Part shown: positions 31,452-40,620 of the stretch, in pieces
How positions within the stretch are numbered: the first letter of the stretch is position 1
Layout of the letters: every line of letters begins with the position of its first letter
Assembly: GCA_965652295.1 (NCBI GenBank)
Contig: CBFGTS010000016.1
Span: 32,001 to 96,000, forward strand
DNA length: 64,000 nucleotides
Source of the DNA: an uncultured Haloferula sp.
GTDB taxonomy: Bacteria; Verrucomicrobiota; Verrucomicrobiia; Verrucomicrobiales; Akkermansiaceae
Reading direction: 5' to 3'
Program-made: the position numbers and the translations under genes
Notes under the pieces: generated by a model
What the model was told of the DNA's origin: nothing
What the model saw: only the letters and a program-made list of their open reading frames with translations
The model's database searches: none

Positions 31452-34400
31452 ATGAAACAACATTACCCCATGAATCCTGCGTGGATCGCAGGTCTGCTTA
31501 GCCTCGGTGCGGTCGCCGCATCCCAGGCAGCGGATATTGACGTGGTCGCCACGCAACTGGCTGCCACCGACAAAAATGGCATCAACTGGGGAACCCCCGT
31601 TCTCGCCACCGATACCACCTGGACCGCCGACAATATCTACATCCTGACGGATCGCGTGTATGTGACCGACGGTACGACGTTGACCATCGAGCCCGGCACC
31701 AGGATTTACAGCACCAATAGCGACCCGCTGAACACCCCAGGGGATCCGTCCGACGACTCGGTGGGTTCGGTGATCATCTCCCGCGGTGCGAAGATCGAAG
31801 CTGCTGGCACCGCCAACGCGCCGATCATTTTTGACGCCATTGAAAATCTCGAAGCCGAGCGTGGCGTCGATCTCAACGGTGATTCGGTGGTGGCCTCCGC
31901 TCTTGGAGCCAGCGACACGGCGAAGTGGGGCGGCCTGATCGTTCTCGGCAACGCCTCAATCTCGCTGGTCAATACCAGCTCCCAGCCAGTCCGCAACGAC
32001 GTGATTGAAGGCACGACTCCGGTGGGTTCACGCAATGCCGACAGCGACAACTTCAGCGACCTTCTGGAGTATGGTTACGACGGTCTGTTTCCTCAGGACG
32101 ACGCGGATGACAGCGGCACGCTGCAATACATCTCGATTCGTCACGGTGGCTTCAACCTGTCCGCCGACAACGAGATCAATGGCCTGACGCTGGGTGGCGT
32201 GGGTTCCGGCACGACGATCGATCACATCGAAGTCTTCGCCAACGAGGACGACGGCATCGAGTTCTTCGGTGGCACGGTGAACTGCAGCCACCTTTCGGTT
32301 TCCTTCTGCAAGGACGACGGCATCGACATCGACCAAGGTTACAATGGCAACCTCCAGTTCGTGTTCGTGGTGCAGAATAACAACGGCGACAACCTCGGCG
32401 AGTGGGACGGCATCGACACCAACGACGGTGCGGCCAAGGTCGGCAACACCGCTGCTCTTCCTTCCTCCCCGCAAATCTGGAACGCGACCTTCGTCGGTGG
32501 TTCGGCTGCGAATGGACCGAAGGCGGGTGCGGGCAAGGACAACGGTCTTTACCTTGACGACAACTTCAACGGTGCGCTGCGCAACTCGATCATCCACGAC
32601 GTGATGGGTCACCTTGCGGAGTTCGCCGGTGACGGCCACTTCCAATCGACCGACGCGCAGACCGGGGACAATCCGGCGGCAGCCGCGACGGCCGGCTTCC
32701 AAAGCATCACGGTGGGCGCGATCGGTGCCGGCAGCACGACCTCGACGGTGGTGACCGGTGGCGGTCGTCCGTCGGACTTCTACTCCGAGGACTTCCTCGG
32801 TGATCTGGAGAACGACAACAGCGAGCCGGGCCAAGATCCGATGTTCACTCGTTACACCCGTGACGGATCGAACAACGTGGTGTCCATCGATCCACGCCCG
32901 ACGATGCTGAACACCAGCGTTCAAAGTGGTGCTCCGGTGGCGGCGAACTATCGCGGCGCGTTCGATTCGAGCGACCTCTGGATCGACAGCTGGACCGCGC
33001 TGTCCGAGTACGGCTTGCTCGATGAACCGGTCGTAGACGTGGTCGCCACCCAGCTGGCTGCCACCGACAAAAACGGTATCAATTGGGGGACTCCGGTTCT
33101 CGCCACCGATACCACCTGGACCGCCGACAATATCTACATCCTGACGGATCGCGTGTATGTGACCGACGGTACGACGTTGACCATCGAGCCCGGCACCAGG
33201 ATTTACAGCACCAATAGCGACCCGCTGAACACCCCAGGGGATCCGTCCGACGACTCGGTGGGTTCGGTGATCATCTCCCGCGGTGCGAAGATCGAAGCTG
33301 CTGGCACCGCCAACGCGCCGATCATTTTTGACGCCATTGAAAATCTCGAAGCCGAGCGTGGCGTCGATCTCAACGGTGATTCGGTGGTGGCCTCCGCTCT
33401 TGGAGCCAGCGACACGGCGAAGTGGGGCGGCCTGATCGTTCTCGGCAACGCCTCAATCTCGCTGGTCAATACCAGCTCCCAGCCAGTCCGCAACGACGTG
33501 ATTGAAGGCACGACTCCGGTGGGTTCACGCAATGCCGACAGCGACAACTTCAGCGACCTTCTGGAGTATGGTTACGACGGTCTGTTTCCTCAGGACGACG
33601 CGGATGACAGCGGCACGCTGCAATACATCTCGATTCGTCACGGTGGCTTCAACCTGTCCGCCGACAACGAGATCAATGGCCTGACGCTGGGTGGCGTGGG
33701 TTCCGGCACGACGATCGATCACATCGAAGTCTTCGCCAACGAGGACGACGGCATCGAGTTCTTCGGTGGCACGGTGAACTGCAGCCACCTTTCGGTTTCC
33801 TTCTGCAAGGACGACGGCATCGACATCGACCAAGGTTACAATGGCAACCTCCAGTTCGTGTTCGTGGTGCAGAATAACAACGGCGACAACCTCGGCGAGT
33901 GGGACGGCATCGACACCAACGACGGTGCGGCCAAGGTCGGCAACACCGCTGCTCTTCCTTCCTCCCCGCAAATCTGGAACGCGACCTTCGTCGGTGGTTC
34001 GGCTGCGAATGGACCGAAGGCGGGTGCGGGCAAGGACAACGGTCTTTACCTTGACGACAACTTCAACGGTGCGCTGCGCAACTCGATCATCCACGACGTG
34101 ATGGGTCACCTTGCGGAGTTCGCCGGTGACGGCCACTTCCAATCGACCGACGCGCAGACCGGGGACAATCCGGCGGCAGCCGCGACGGCCGGCTTCCAAA
34201 GCATCACGGTGGGCGCGATCGGTGCCGGCAGCACGACCTCGACGGTGGTGACCGGTGGCGGTCGTCCGTCGGACTTCTACTCCGAGGACTTCCTCGGTGA
34301 TCTGGAGAACGACAACAGCGAGCCGGGTCAGGACCCGATGTTCGCCAGCTACACCCGTGACGGGTCAAACAACGTGGTTTCCATCGACCCACGCCCGACG

Positions 34401-34904
34401 ACGCTGAACACCAGCGTTCAAAGCGGAGCGCCGGTGACGGCGAATTACCGTGGTGCGTTCGATTCGAGCGATCTCTGGATCGACAGCTGGACCGCACTCT
34501 CGGCCTACGGTTACCTGATGGCACCAGCGACCGATACCGACGGCGACGGTCTCTCCGACGACGACGAGACCAACGTCCACGGCACCGATCCGAACCTTGC
34601 CGACACCGATGGCGACGGCATCAACGACGGCGTCGAGGTGACGTATGCCTCGCTCGGCTTCGATCCGACCGTGGCCGACGCGGCCAGCGTCTTCGGAGGC
34701 CTCTACACCGAGTCGTCGATCCAGGATCTCGCCACCGCTGGGCAGGTGATCATCCAGGCCAACGGCGCGAACGTGGACCTGACCCTCCCGGTCTACACCT
34801 CGGAGGACCTCAGCACCTGGACGCCGGCCGGTGACCTGGAGCTGACGATTCCCAAGGACGGCGACAAGCAGTTCTACCGCATCGAAGTCAGTGGCGCTGA
34901 ATAA
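31452..34904 (+). CDS. Secreted acidic Asp/Gly/Thr-rich beta-helix-like surface protein with two tandem 499-aa domains, DxDGDG Ca-binding repeats and verrucomicrobial C-terminal domain
   Basis: Signal peptide ending SQA; 'TLTIEPGT', 'WGGLIVLGNA', 'NEINGLTLGGVGSGTTIDHIEV', 'DDGIEFFGGTVN', each present twice; 'DTDGDGLSD', 'DTDGDGIND'; 'TSEDLSTW...FYRIEV'. Confidence 0.85.
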   Translation: MKQHYPMNPAWIAGLLSLGAVAASQAADIDVVATQLAATDKNGINWGTPVLATDTTWTADNIYILTDRVYVTDGTTLTIEPGTRIYSTNSDPLNTPGDPSDDSVGSVIISRGAKIEAAGTANAPIIFDAIENLEAERGVDLNGDSVVASALGASDTAKWGGLIVLGNASISLVNTSSQPVRNDVIEGTTPVGSRNADSDNFSDLLEYGYDGLFPQDDADDSGTLQYISIRHGGFNLSADNEINGLTLGGVGSGTTIDHIEVFANEDDGIEFFGGTVNCSHLSVSFCKDDGIDIDQGYNGNLQFVFVVQNNNGDNLGEWDGIDTNDGAAKVGNTAALPSSPQIWNATFVGGSAANGPKAGAGKDNGLYLDDNFNGALRNSIIHDVMGHLAEFAGDGHFQSTDAQTGDNPAAAATAGFQSITVGAIGAGSTTSTVVTGGGRPSDFYSEDFLGDLENDNSEPGQDPMFTRYTRDGSNNVVSIDPRPTMLNTSVQSGAPVAANYRGAFDSSDLWIDSWTALSEYGLLDEPVVDVVATQLAATDKNGINWGTPVLATDTTWTADNIYILTDRVYVTDGTTLTIEPGTRIYSTNSDPLNTPGDPSDDSVGSVIISRGAKIEAAGTANAPIIFDAIENLEAERGVDLNGDSVVASALGASDTAKWGGLIVLGNASISLVNTSSQPVRNDVIEGTTPVGSRNADSDNFSDLLEYGYDGLFPQDDADDSGTLQYISIRHGGFNLSADNEINGLTLGGVGSGTTIDHIEVFANEDDGIEFFGGTVNCSHLSVSFCKDDGIDIDQGYNGNLQFVFVVQNNNGDNLGEWDGIDTNDGAAKVGNTAALPSSPQIWNATFVGGSAANGPKAGAGKDNGLYLDDNFNGALRNSIIHDVMGHLAEFAGDGHFQSTDAQTGDNPAAAATAGFQSITVGAIGAGSTTSTVVTGGGRPSDFYSEDFLGDLENDNSEPGQDPMFASYTRDGSNNVVSIDPRPTTLNTSVQSGAPVTANYRGAFDSSDLWIDSWTALSAYGYLMAPATDTDGDGLSDDDETNVHGTDPNLADTDGDGINDGVEVTYASLGFDPTVADAASVFGGLYTESSIQDLATAGQVIIQANGANVDLTLPVYTSEDLSTWTPAGDLELTIPKDGDKQFYRIEVSGAE
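31539..34517 (+). repeat. Intragenic tandem duplication, 1497-bp period
   Basis: Copy 1 starts at 31539 and copy 2 at 33036. Cores 31599-32830 and 33096-34327 look identical (alternative-frame ORFs also translate identically). The edges differ mostly at synonymous sites. Confidence 0.97.
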
Positions 34905-34929
34905 TCTCCCGTAGTTCGCATCTCCTCCC

Positions 34930-34962
34930 AAAGCCGTCCGGGTTCGTCCCGGGCGGCTTTTT
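34930..34962 (+). terminator. Rho-independent terminator after the surface protein gene
   Basis: AAAGCCGTCCGGG-ttcgt-CCCGGGCGGCTTTTT. Confidence 0.85.
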
Positions 34963-34967
34963 GCTTT

Positions 34968-35016
34968 GTGACGAAACTCCCGGAGATCCGTCACCTCTCT
35001 CTGACGAAAGCGTCAC
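34968..35016 (+). promoter_or_regulatory. Pho-box-like 11-bp-phased array upstream of the TonB motor operon
   Basis: GTGAC 34968, GTCAC 34990, CTGAC 35001, GTCAC 35012 (offsets 0, 22, 33, 44). Confidence 0.65.
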
Positions 35017-35076
35017 ATCGAACCCGTGGGCAAAGCGGCGGGCGGGAGGTTTGATTCGCCCGCTTTGCGACGAGCC

Positions 35077-35862
35077 ATGCGTATCCCCATCCTTTCCCTC
35101 ATCCTCGTGCCGTTGTTCGCGGCTCGGGCCTTCAGCCAGGAAGCCGATCTTTCCGAGACGGCCAAGCTCAAGGAATCGGTCCGCGAGTGGATCGAAACCA
35201 TGCGCGAGATCCAGATCGAGGAAACCACCTGGGAGCGCGACCGGGAGCTGTTGGAAGGCCAGCGGGAATCGCTGGACAGCGAAATCTCTGACCTGAAGAA
35301 ACGTCTCGAAGACGCTCGCGAGGAGAAGTCCGGAGCGGACCAGCAATCGGTGGAGGAAGTCGCCCGCCGCGACGCGCTGGTGAAGGCGGACGAGAAGCTC
35401 GCCGCCGAGGTTCGGGAGCTGGAGAAAGGTCTCGTCGCCCGTTTGTCATCCTTTCCACCGCCGCTCGCGGAGGACCCGCGGATCAAGGAACTGATGGAGC
35501 AGGTGCGGAAGGACGTGACGGTGACGGGCGAGGAAGCGGGAAAGAACCTCACCAAGCGGCTGAACAACGTGCTGAACCTGCTCACCGAGGCGGAGAAATG
35601 GCAGCAGGCGGTGCATTTGCGCGAGGAACTCCGGACGGCGGACGATGGCCGCAAGTTCAACATGCAGGTGATCTACTATGGTCTTGGTAGTGCGTATGCG
35701 GTCAACGAGGCCGGTGACTACGCGCTGGTGGGCACGGCCGGCGAGTCCGGATGGATTTTCGAGCCGCGAAACGAACTCGCCCCGCAGATCCGGGAAATGG
35801 TCTCGGTGCTGACCGGCGACGCCGAGGCGCGCTTCACCACTCTTCCTCTTTCTCTCCCATGA
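35077..35862 (+). CDS. DUF3450-family (TtpB-like) periplasmic coiled-coil protein
   Basis: Signal peptide, long coiled coil, 'FPPPL', 'VIYYGLGSAYAV'; position ahead of a long ExbB-type gene; ATGA coupling. Confidence 0.75.
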   Translation: MRIPILSLILVPLFAARAFSQEADLSETAKLKESVREWIETMREIQIEETTWERDRELLEGQRESLDSEISDLKKRLEDAREEKSGADQQSVEEVARRDALVKADEKLAAEVRELEKGLVARLSSFPPPLAEDPRIKELMEQVRKDVTVTGEEAGKNLTKRLNNVLNLLTEAEKWQQAVHLREELRTADDGRKFNMQVIYYGLGSAYAVNEAGDYALVGTAGESGWIFEPRNELAPQIREMVSVLTGDAEARFTTLPLSLP

Positions 35863-37301
35863 AACTCCGGATTCCCCTGATCTCGCTGGGCCTCATCGGC
35901 GCGGTGGCGGCCCAGACGACTTCCGAGCAGCAGCTCGCCGAGGCTCGTGACGAACTGAAAAAGACGCGCGCGGAATACACCGCGATGCGGACGGACCTTT
36001 TCCGCCAGATCAACAAACTGGACGACGAGGCGCTGGAGCTGGGTCGCGAGCTGCGGGCGCTGGAGCGGGAGGCCGAGCTGCGGAACAACCGTGAGCAGGC
36101 GCTGAAGCGTGAGATCGAGGGCCGCGAGGCTGGGTTCAACTATACGACCGGTATTCTCAACCAGTATGGCGACGCGTTCCTCACCCGCCTCCATCCGGCG
36201 GAAAACCAGCTCTACAAGAGCCGGATCGATGACGCCGCGGCGAAGGCGACGGCCGCCGGCGAGGACCTGATGTCGGAGCTCGACCAGCGGCTCGTGGCCG
36301 CCCGCACCGGTCTTGAGCGTCTTGGCAACGTGATCGGCGGTCATCGCTTCGAGGGCGAGGGTCTGCGCAATGGCAGTGAGGCGATCCGGGGCAAGTTCCT
36401 CGTGCTCGGCCCGTCCGTTTACATGGCGGAATCGGACGGTGGCTTCGAGGGCGTGGCGACCTTCGCCGCCGGCGGCACCGCCTTGCCGACGGTCGTCGCC
36501 CTTCAGGATGTGCCGGAGAGCGCGATCGCCGAGGTGATTCAAACCGGCTCCGGCGGGCTTCCGTATGATCCGACCATGGGCAAGGCGATCGAGGTGCAGG
36601 CCGCGGAGGAGTCCATCGGCGAGACGATCGAAAAGGGCGGCATCGTCGGCCACGCGATCCTGCTTCTGGGCGCGGTCGCGATTGGTCTGACCCTCTTCAA
36701 GGTCCTCGAGATCACCCGTTTCCCGGTGCCTTCGCGTCGGCTGGTCAACGAGATCCTCGACGACCTGCTGGCCGATCGCCAGGACGCCGCCGCGAAGAAA
36801 GCCGCGACTGTTCCCGGCATGGCCGGCGCGTTGGTCCGCACCGGAGTGGAGCGTTTCTACGAGAAACGCCGCGTGCTGGAAGAGGCGCTGTTCGAAAAGC
36901 TGGTGTGCATCAAGCCGCGGCTCGAGCGCTTCCTGCCGTTCCTCGGGCTCACAGCTGCGGCGGCTCCGCTGATGGGTCTGCTCGGCACCGTGCTCGGCAT
37001 CATCAAGACCTTCAAGGCAATGGCTCTCTACGGCTCCGGCAACCAGAAGGCCTTCACGCAGGGCATTTCCGAGGCGCTCATCACCACGGCCGAGGGTCTG
37101 GTGGTCGCGATCCCGGTGCTGGTGCTCCACGGCCTGATGAAAAGTCTCGCCCGCGGCAAGTTCTCCGAGATCGAGGGCGTGGCCATCTCGCTGATGAACG
37201 GGACGACCGAACTCGAGCGCTCCGCCGATGCCAAGGCGGGAGCCGCGACCCGCGAGGACGAAGGCGACGGCGACTCCGAACTGCTTCCCAACCCCGCCTG
37301 A
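35859..37301 (+). CDS. Long MotA/TolQ/ExbB proton-channel protein (TtpC-like)
   Basis: Signal peptide plus coiled-coil periplasmic domain, 'YDPTMG', 'GGIVG', 'AAPLMGLLGTVLGII.TF', 'GISEALITTA.GL.VAIP'. Confidence 0.9.
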   Translation: MKLRIPLISLGLIGAVAAQTTSEQQLAEARDELKKTRAEYTAMRTDLFRQINKLDDEALELGRELRALEREAELRNNREQALKREIEGREAGFNYTTGILNQYGDAFLTRLHPAENQLYKSRIDDAAAKATAAGEDLMSELDQRLVAARTGLERLGNVIGGHRFEGEGLRNGSEAIRGKFLVLGPSVYMAESDGGFEGVATFAAGGTALPTVVALQDVPESAIAEVIQTGSGGLPYDPTMGKAIEVQAAEESIGETIEKGGIVGHAILLLGAVAIGLTLFKVLEITRFPVPSRRLVNEILDDLLADRQDAAAKKAATVPGMAGALVRTGVERFYEKRRVLEEALFEKLVCIKPRLERFLPFLGLTAAAAPLMGLLGTVLGIIKTFKAMALYGSGNQKAFTQGISEALITTAEGLVVAIPVLVLHGLMKSLARGKFSEIEGVAISLMNGTTELERSADAKAGAATREDEGDGDSELLPNPA

Positions 37302-37307
37302 CGAGCC

Positions 37308-37910
37308 ATGCTGTCGCTTTTCCGTGACGCCCTTCAGACCTTCCTCACCGGCGGAGGGATCATGTACATGCTCGGCAGCGTGGCCTTCATCCTTTACGCC
37401 ACGGCCTTCGCCGCGCTGGCCTATGTTTCCCGGGGAAACCTGAACGACAAACAGTCGGCCGACTGGCCCCAGTGGCTCCGCGATCCGGAGAAGGCTCCGG
37501 GACGCCTCGGCGAGGCGCTGCGCTACGTGGTCCACGGCGATCGACTTACGATCAAGATCGTGCAACGCCGCATGTCCGAGGTGCGCACCAACGTCGTGTC
37601 CGCCATCGACCGCCGCCTGCTGGTCGTCAACACCCTCACCGCCGCCGCGCCGCTGGCCGGGCTGCTGGGCACCGTGATGGGGATGCTGGCGATGTTTTCC
37701 GGCCTCGCCCAGGGCAAGGGGCAGGCGGGCATGCAGGCCGTGGCCAATGGCATGCAGGAGGCGCTCATCACCACCCAGACCGGCCTCACCATCGCGCTGC
37801 CCGGGCTTTTCATCGCGCTCATCGTGAAGGGCAAGCGCGATGCGGTCGCGGCCGCCCTGGCACGGCTCGAATCCCTCATTCTCACCACGCGCTTCCACCG
37901 CGAACACTGA
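37308..37910 (+). CDS. exbB: MotA/TolQ/ExbB proton-channel protein
   Basis: 'AAPLAGLLGTVMGM..MF', 'GMQEALITTQTGLTIALP'. Confidence 0.9.
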   Translation: MLSLFRDALQTFLTGGGIMYMLGSVAFILYATAFAALAYVSRGNLNDKQSADWPQWLRDPEKAPGRLGEALRYVVHGDRLTIKIVQRRMSEVRTNVVSAIDRRLLVVNTLTAAAPLAGLLGTVMGMLAMFSGLAQGKGQAGMQAVANGMQEALITTQTGLTIALPGLFIALIVKGKRDAVAAALARLESLILTTRFHREH

Positions 37911-37916
37911 TCCGCC

Positions 37917-38327
37917 ATGTTTGGAAAATCCCTTGGAGACGAAGGCGACGACGAGGTCCACATCGACCTCTCGCCGATGATCGACTGCATTTTCATCCTG
38001 CTCATCTTCTTCATCGTCTCGACAGTCTTCGTCGAGGAAACGGGCGTGAAGGTGAACAAGCCGGATGTCGGAGCCGCGGCCAGCGCGCTGGACAGCAACT
38101 CGATCCTGCTGGCGGTGACCAAGGACGACAAGGTGTTCTACGGCGGCGAAAGCATCGGCATCCAGGGGATCATCGGAAAGATCAAGCCGCTGCTGGCGGA
38201 GACGCCGGACATGCCGGTGATCATCCAGGGCGACAAGGACGCCACCCACGGCACCGTCCAGCGGGTCCACGGTCAGGCGATGCTCGCCGGTGCCCAGAAG
38301 GAGAAGATCTCCGTTTCTACCAAATAG
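37917..38327 (+). CDS. exbD: Biopolymer transport protein ExbD/TolR
   Basis: '[23 protein letters not shown]', 'VIIQGDKDA'. Confidence 0.95.
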   Translation: MFGKSLGDEGDDEVHIDLSPMIDCIFILLIFFIVSTVFVEETGVKVNKPDVGAAASALDSNSILLAVTKDDKVFYGGESIGIQGIIGKIKPLLAETPDMPVIIQGDKDATHGTVQRVHGQAMLAGAQKEKISVSTK

Positions 38328-38334
38328 ACCGTAG

Positions 38335-38988
38335 ATGGCGAAGAAACTCCACGTATATCGGCCTCCGCGCGGGCGCTTCACCGGGATCTTCGCGATCCTC
38401 GGCGGCGTCGTCGCGACCATTGCCGTGTTCGTGGTCATCCCGCTTTCGCAGCGCCTGGCGGAGACGCTTTCTCCGCCGGTCGCAGCGCCGCCGGAGGTGG
38501 CCGTGGAGCCGCCGGAGGATTTCAACGTGGAACTTGAGGAGCCGCCGGAAGAGGTCGAGGAAACCCCTCCGGAGGAGCCGATGGAAGAACCGGCGAACCT
38601 CGACCTCGGGCTGGATCTCGGGGATCTCTCGGTGGGAACCGGCGGATCGTTCATCGTCGAGATTCCGAAGTTCGCGATGGCGGGAGGCGATGATCCCTTT
38701 GGAAGCGGCGATCTCGACAGCCCGCCGCAGCCGGTCACGAAATCCCAGCCCGTCTATCCCAGCAAGCTGCTGAGCAAAGGCATCGGCGGCAAGGTGGTGG
38801 TGGCCGTGACGGTCGCCGCCGACGGCAAGGTGGCGGGCGCGAAGGTCCGCGATTCGTCCGGCAACCGCGATCTCGATGCGGCCGCGCTCAAGGCGGTGCG
38901 GAAGTGGAAGTTCAGGCCCGCCGTCAGCGGCGGAAGGAAGATTCAGGCCACGGCTTTGGTGCCGTTCAACTTTGAAGTGAAGCGATGA
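38335..38988 (+). CDS. tonB: Energy transducer TonB
   Basis: TM anchor, Pro/Glu-rich spacer, 'PVYP', 'LDAAALKAVRKWKFRPA'. Confidence 0.93.
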   Translation: MAKKLHVYRPPRGRFTGIFAILGGVVATIAVFVVIPLSQRLAETLSPPVAAPPEVAVEPPEDFNVELEEPPEEVEETPPEEPMEEPANLDLGLDLGDLSVGTGGSFIVEIPKFAMAGGDDPFGSGDLDSPPQPVTKSQPVYPSKLLSKGIGGKVVVAVTVAADGKVAGAKVRDSSGNRDLDAAALKAVRKWKFRPAVSGGRKIQATALVPFNFEVKR

Positions 38989-40505
38989 AGAAGAAGCAAA
39001 GCAGATGGTGGATGGTGAATGTTGGATGGTGGATCATCGTGGCCAGCGCTCTTTCCGTGGCCACGCCGGCACTCGCCGAAAAGATCATCCCTCCATCGAA
39101 CCTGTTCCGCGATCCGCAGTTCGTGCGCGAATTCGTGGGGAGCTACGGCTTCCATTCGGAAATCGAACCGAAGGTCTCCCCGGAGGAGAGCCGGGTGCTG
39201 GTGAAGATCCAGGAGCTGTTCGAGGAGTCGAAGTTTTCCGAGGCGGAAACGGAGATGGTCCGCTTCATCAAGGAGACCGAGGCACCGACGGATCCCGAGA
39301 AGCAGCCCCGCGAGATCAGCGCGGCGATGGTGTTCGTACTAGGGAACCTGTATTTCTCCGCCGATCGCACCGAGGAGGCGCGGCGTGCATTTCTGGAAGC
39401 GATCCGTCGTTTTCCGAAGTTCCGCCGGGCGCACGTGAACCTCGGCTATCTCTATGTTTCCAAGGAAGAGTTCGACAAGGCCCAGGGGCACTTCCAGGAG
39501 GCGATCTCGCTCGGTGAGGGCAGCCCGCGGGTCTTCGGCCTGCTCGGCTACACCTACCTGTTGAAGCAGCAGGCATTGGCGGCGGAGAATGCCTACCGCC
39601 AGGCATATCTGCTCGATCCGAATTCGAAGGACTGGAAGCTCGGACTCGCGCAGGCGCTGATCCAGCAGGAGAAGTTCGACGAGGCCTCCGCGCTGCTCGG
39701 CAATCTGGTGGAGGAATTTCCCGAGGACCCGCAACTCTGGCTCCAGCAGACGAACGCGCTGCTCGCCCAGGAAAAGAAGGTCGAGGCCGCGGTGAATCTG
39801 GAGATCCTGCGGATGAAGGGGCTTGCGGGAGAAGGCGAACTCACGCTGCTCGGCAATCTTTACATGGACCAGAACGAGCCGCAGCTCGCACTCTTCGCCT
39901 ACCTCGCTGCACTGGAGAAGGCAGGCACGCTGAACGTCGATACCGCACTCAAATCGGCCAAGATCCTCAACGATTACGGCTATCCGGAGAAGGCGGCGGC
40001 CTACGTCGAACAGGTCCGCGCCAAGGGCGGGTCGAACCTTTCCACCGATGACCGCGTGAAGATCGACCTGATCGAGGTCCAGATCGCCCGCGCCGACAAC
40101 AACCTCGAACGGGTTGGTGCCCTGCTGGAAGACCTGCTCGCCCGCGATCCGGCGAACGGCGAAGTGCTGCTGGAACTCGGCAAGCACTACGACACGCTCG
40201 CAAAGAACGCCGAAGACGAGGACAGGAAGAGCGAATACCTCAACGAGGCGAAGACCCGCTTCCAGATCGCCGCCGGCCGCGAGGGCGATGTCGGCTACGG
40301 CGCGAATCTGGCTCTGGGGCAGCTCTTCACCCGCGAGCTGCAATACACGGACGCGCTGCCTTACCTCGAAAAGGCCGCCGAGATGAAGCCGAGTGACAAT
40401 CTGAAGTCCTACGTCAGCAAGGTCCGCCGCGCCGCCGACCGCCAACGTCAGCGGGAGGAGCGAGAAGCCGCCGACCGTGAAGCCAAAGACAAAGCCAAGC
40501 AATGA
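38985..40505 (+). CDS. TPR-repeat periplasmic protein (TtpD-like)
   Basis: Signal peptide; repeated 'LGNLY', 'AHVNLGYLY', 'LGLAQAL' TPR helices; coupled to tonB by ATGA. Confidence 0.85.
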   Translation: MKKKQSRWWMVNVGWWIIVASALSVATPALAEKIIPPSNLFRDPQFVREFVGSYGFHSEIEPKVSPEESRVLVKIQELFEESKFSEAETEMVRFIKETEAPTDPEKQPREISAAMVFVLGNLYFSADRTEEARRAFLEAIRRFPKFRRAHVNLGYLYVSKEEFDKAQGHFQEAISLGEGSPRVFGLLGYTYLLKQQALAAENAYRQAYLLDPNSKDWKLGLAQALIQQEKFDEASALLGNLVEEFPEDPQLWLQQTNALLAQEKKVEAAVNLEILRMKGLAGEGELTLLGNLYMDQNEPQLALFAYLAALEKAGTLNVDTALKSAKILNDYGYPEKAAAYVEQVRAKGGSNLSTDDRVKIDLIEVQIARADNNLERVGALLEDLLARDPANGEVLLELGKHYDTLAKNAEDEDRKSEYLNEAKTRFQIAAGREGDVGYGANLALGQLFTRELQYTDALPYLEKAAEMKPSDNLKSYVSKVRRAADRQRQREEREAADREAKDKAKQ

Positions 40506-40519
40506 TTTGCAACTTTCGA

Positions 40520-40593
40520 CCGCAGATGAACGCCGATGGACGCAGAGGAAGAGTTCGGCTGAATCGTGAGCTGCGTTCGTCCCCGGTTATCTG
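40520..40593. repeat. Degenerate REP-like palindrome with 10-bp internal period
   Basis: Left arm CGCAGATGAA-CGCCGATGGA-CGCAGA; right arm CTGCGTTCGTCCCCGGTTATCTG is an imperfect reverse complement. Confidence 0.55.
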
Positions 40594-40620
40594 AGTTTTT
40601 CCACTCCCGCATCATTTTCC

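Noticed and set aside
31539..34517. The duplication as a pure assembly artefact
   Set aside because: Both edges carry many distinct synonymous substitutions in frame, which a misassembly would not create. Only the perfect identity of the core remains open to doubt.
35718..38738. 1006-aa minus-strand ORF, and similar long antisense ORFs (17552-20119, 1996-3900, 11051-12931, 53934-55871)
   Set aside because: These are shadow frames opposite well-supported genes, expected in high-GC DNA, and carry no family motifs.
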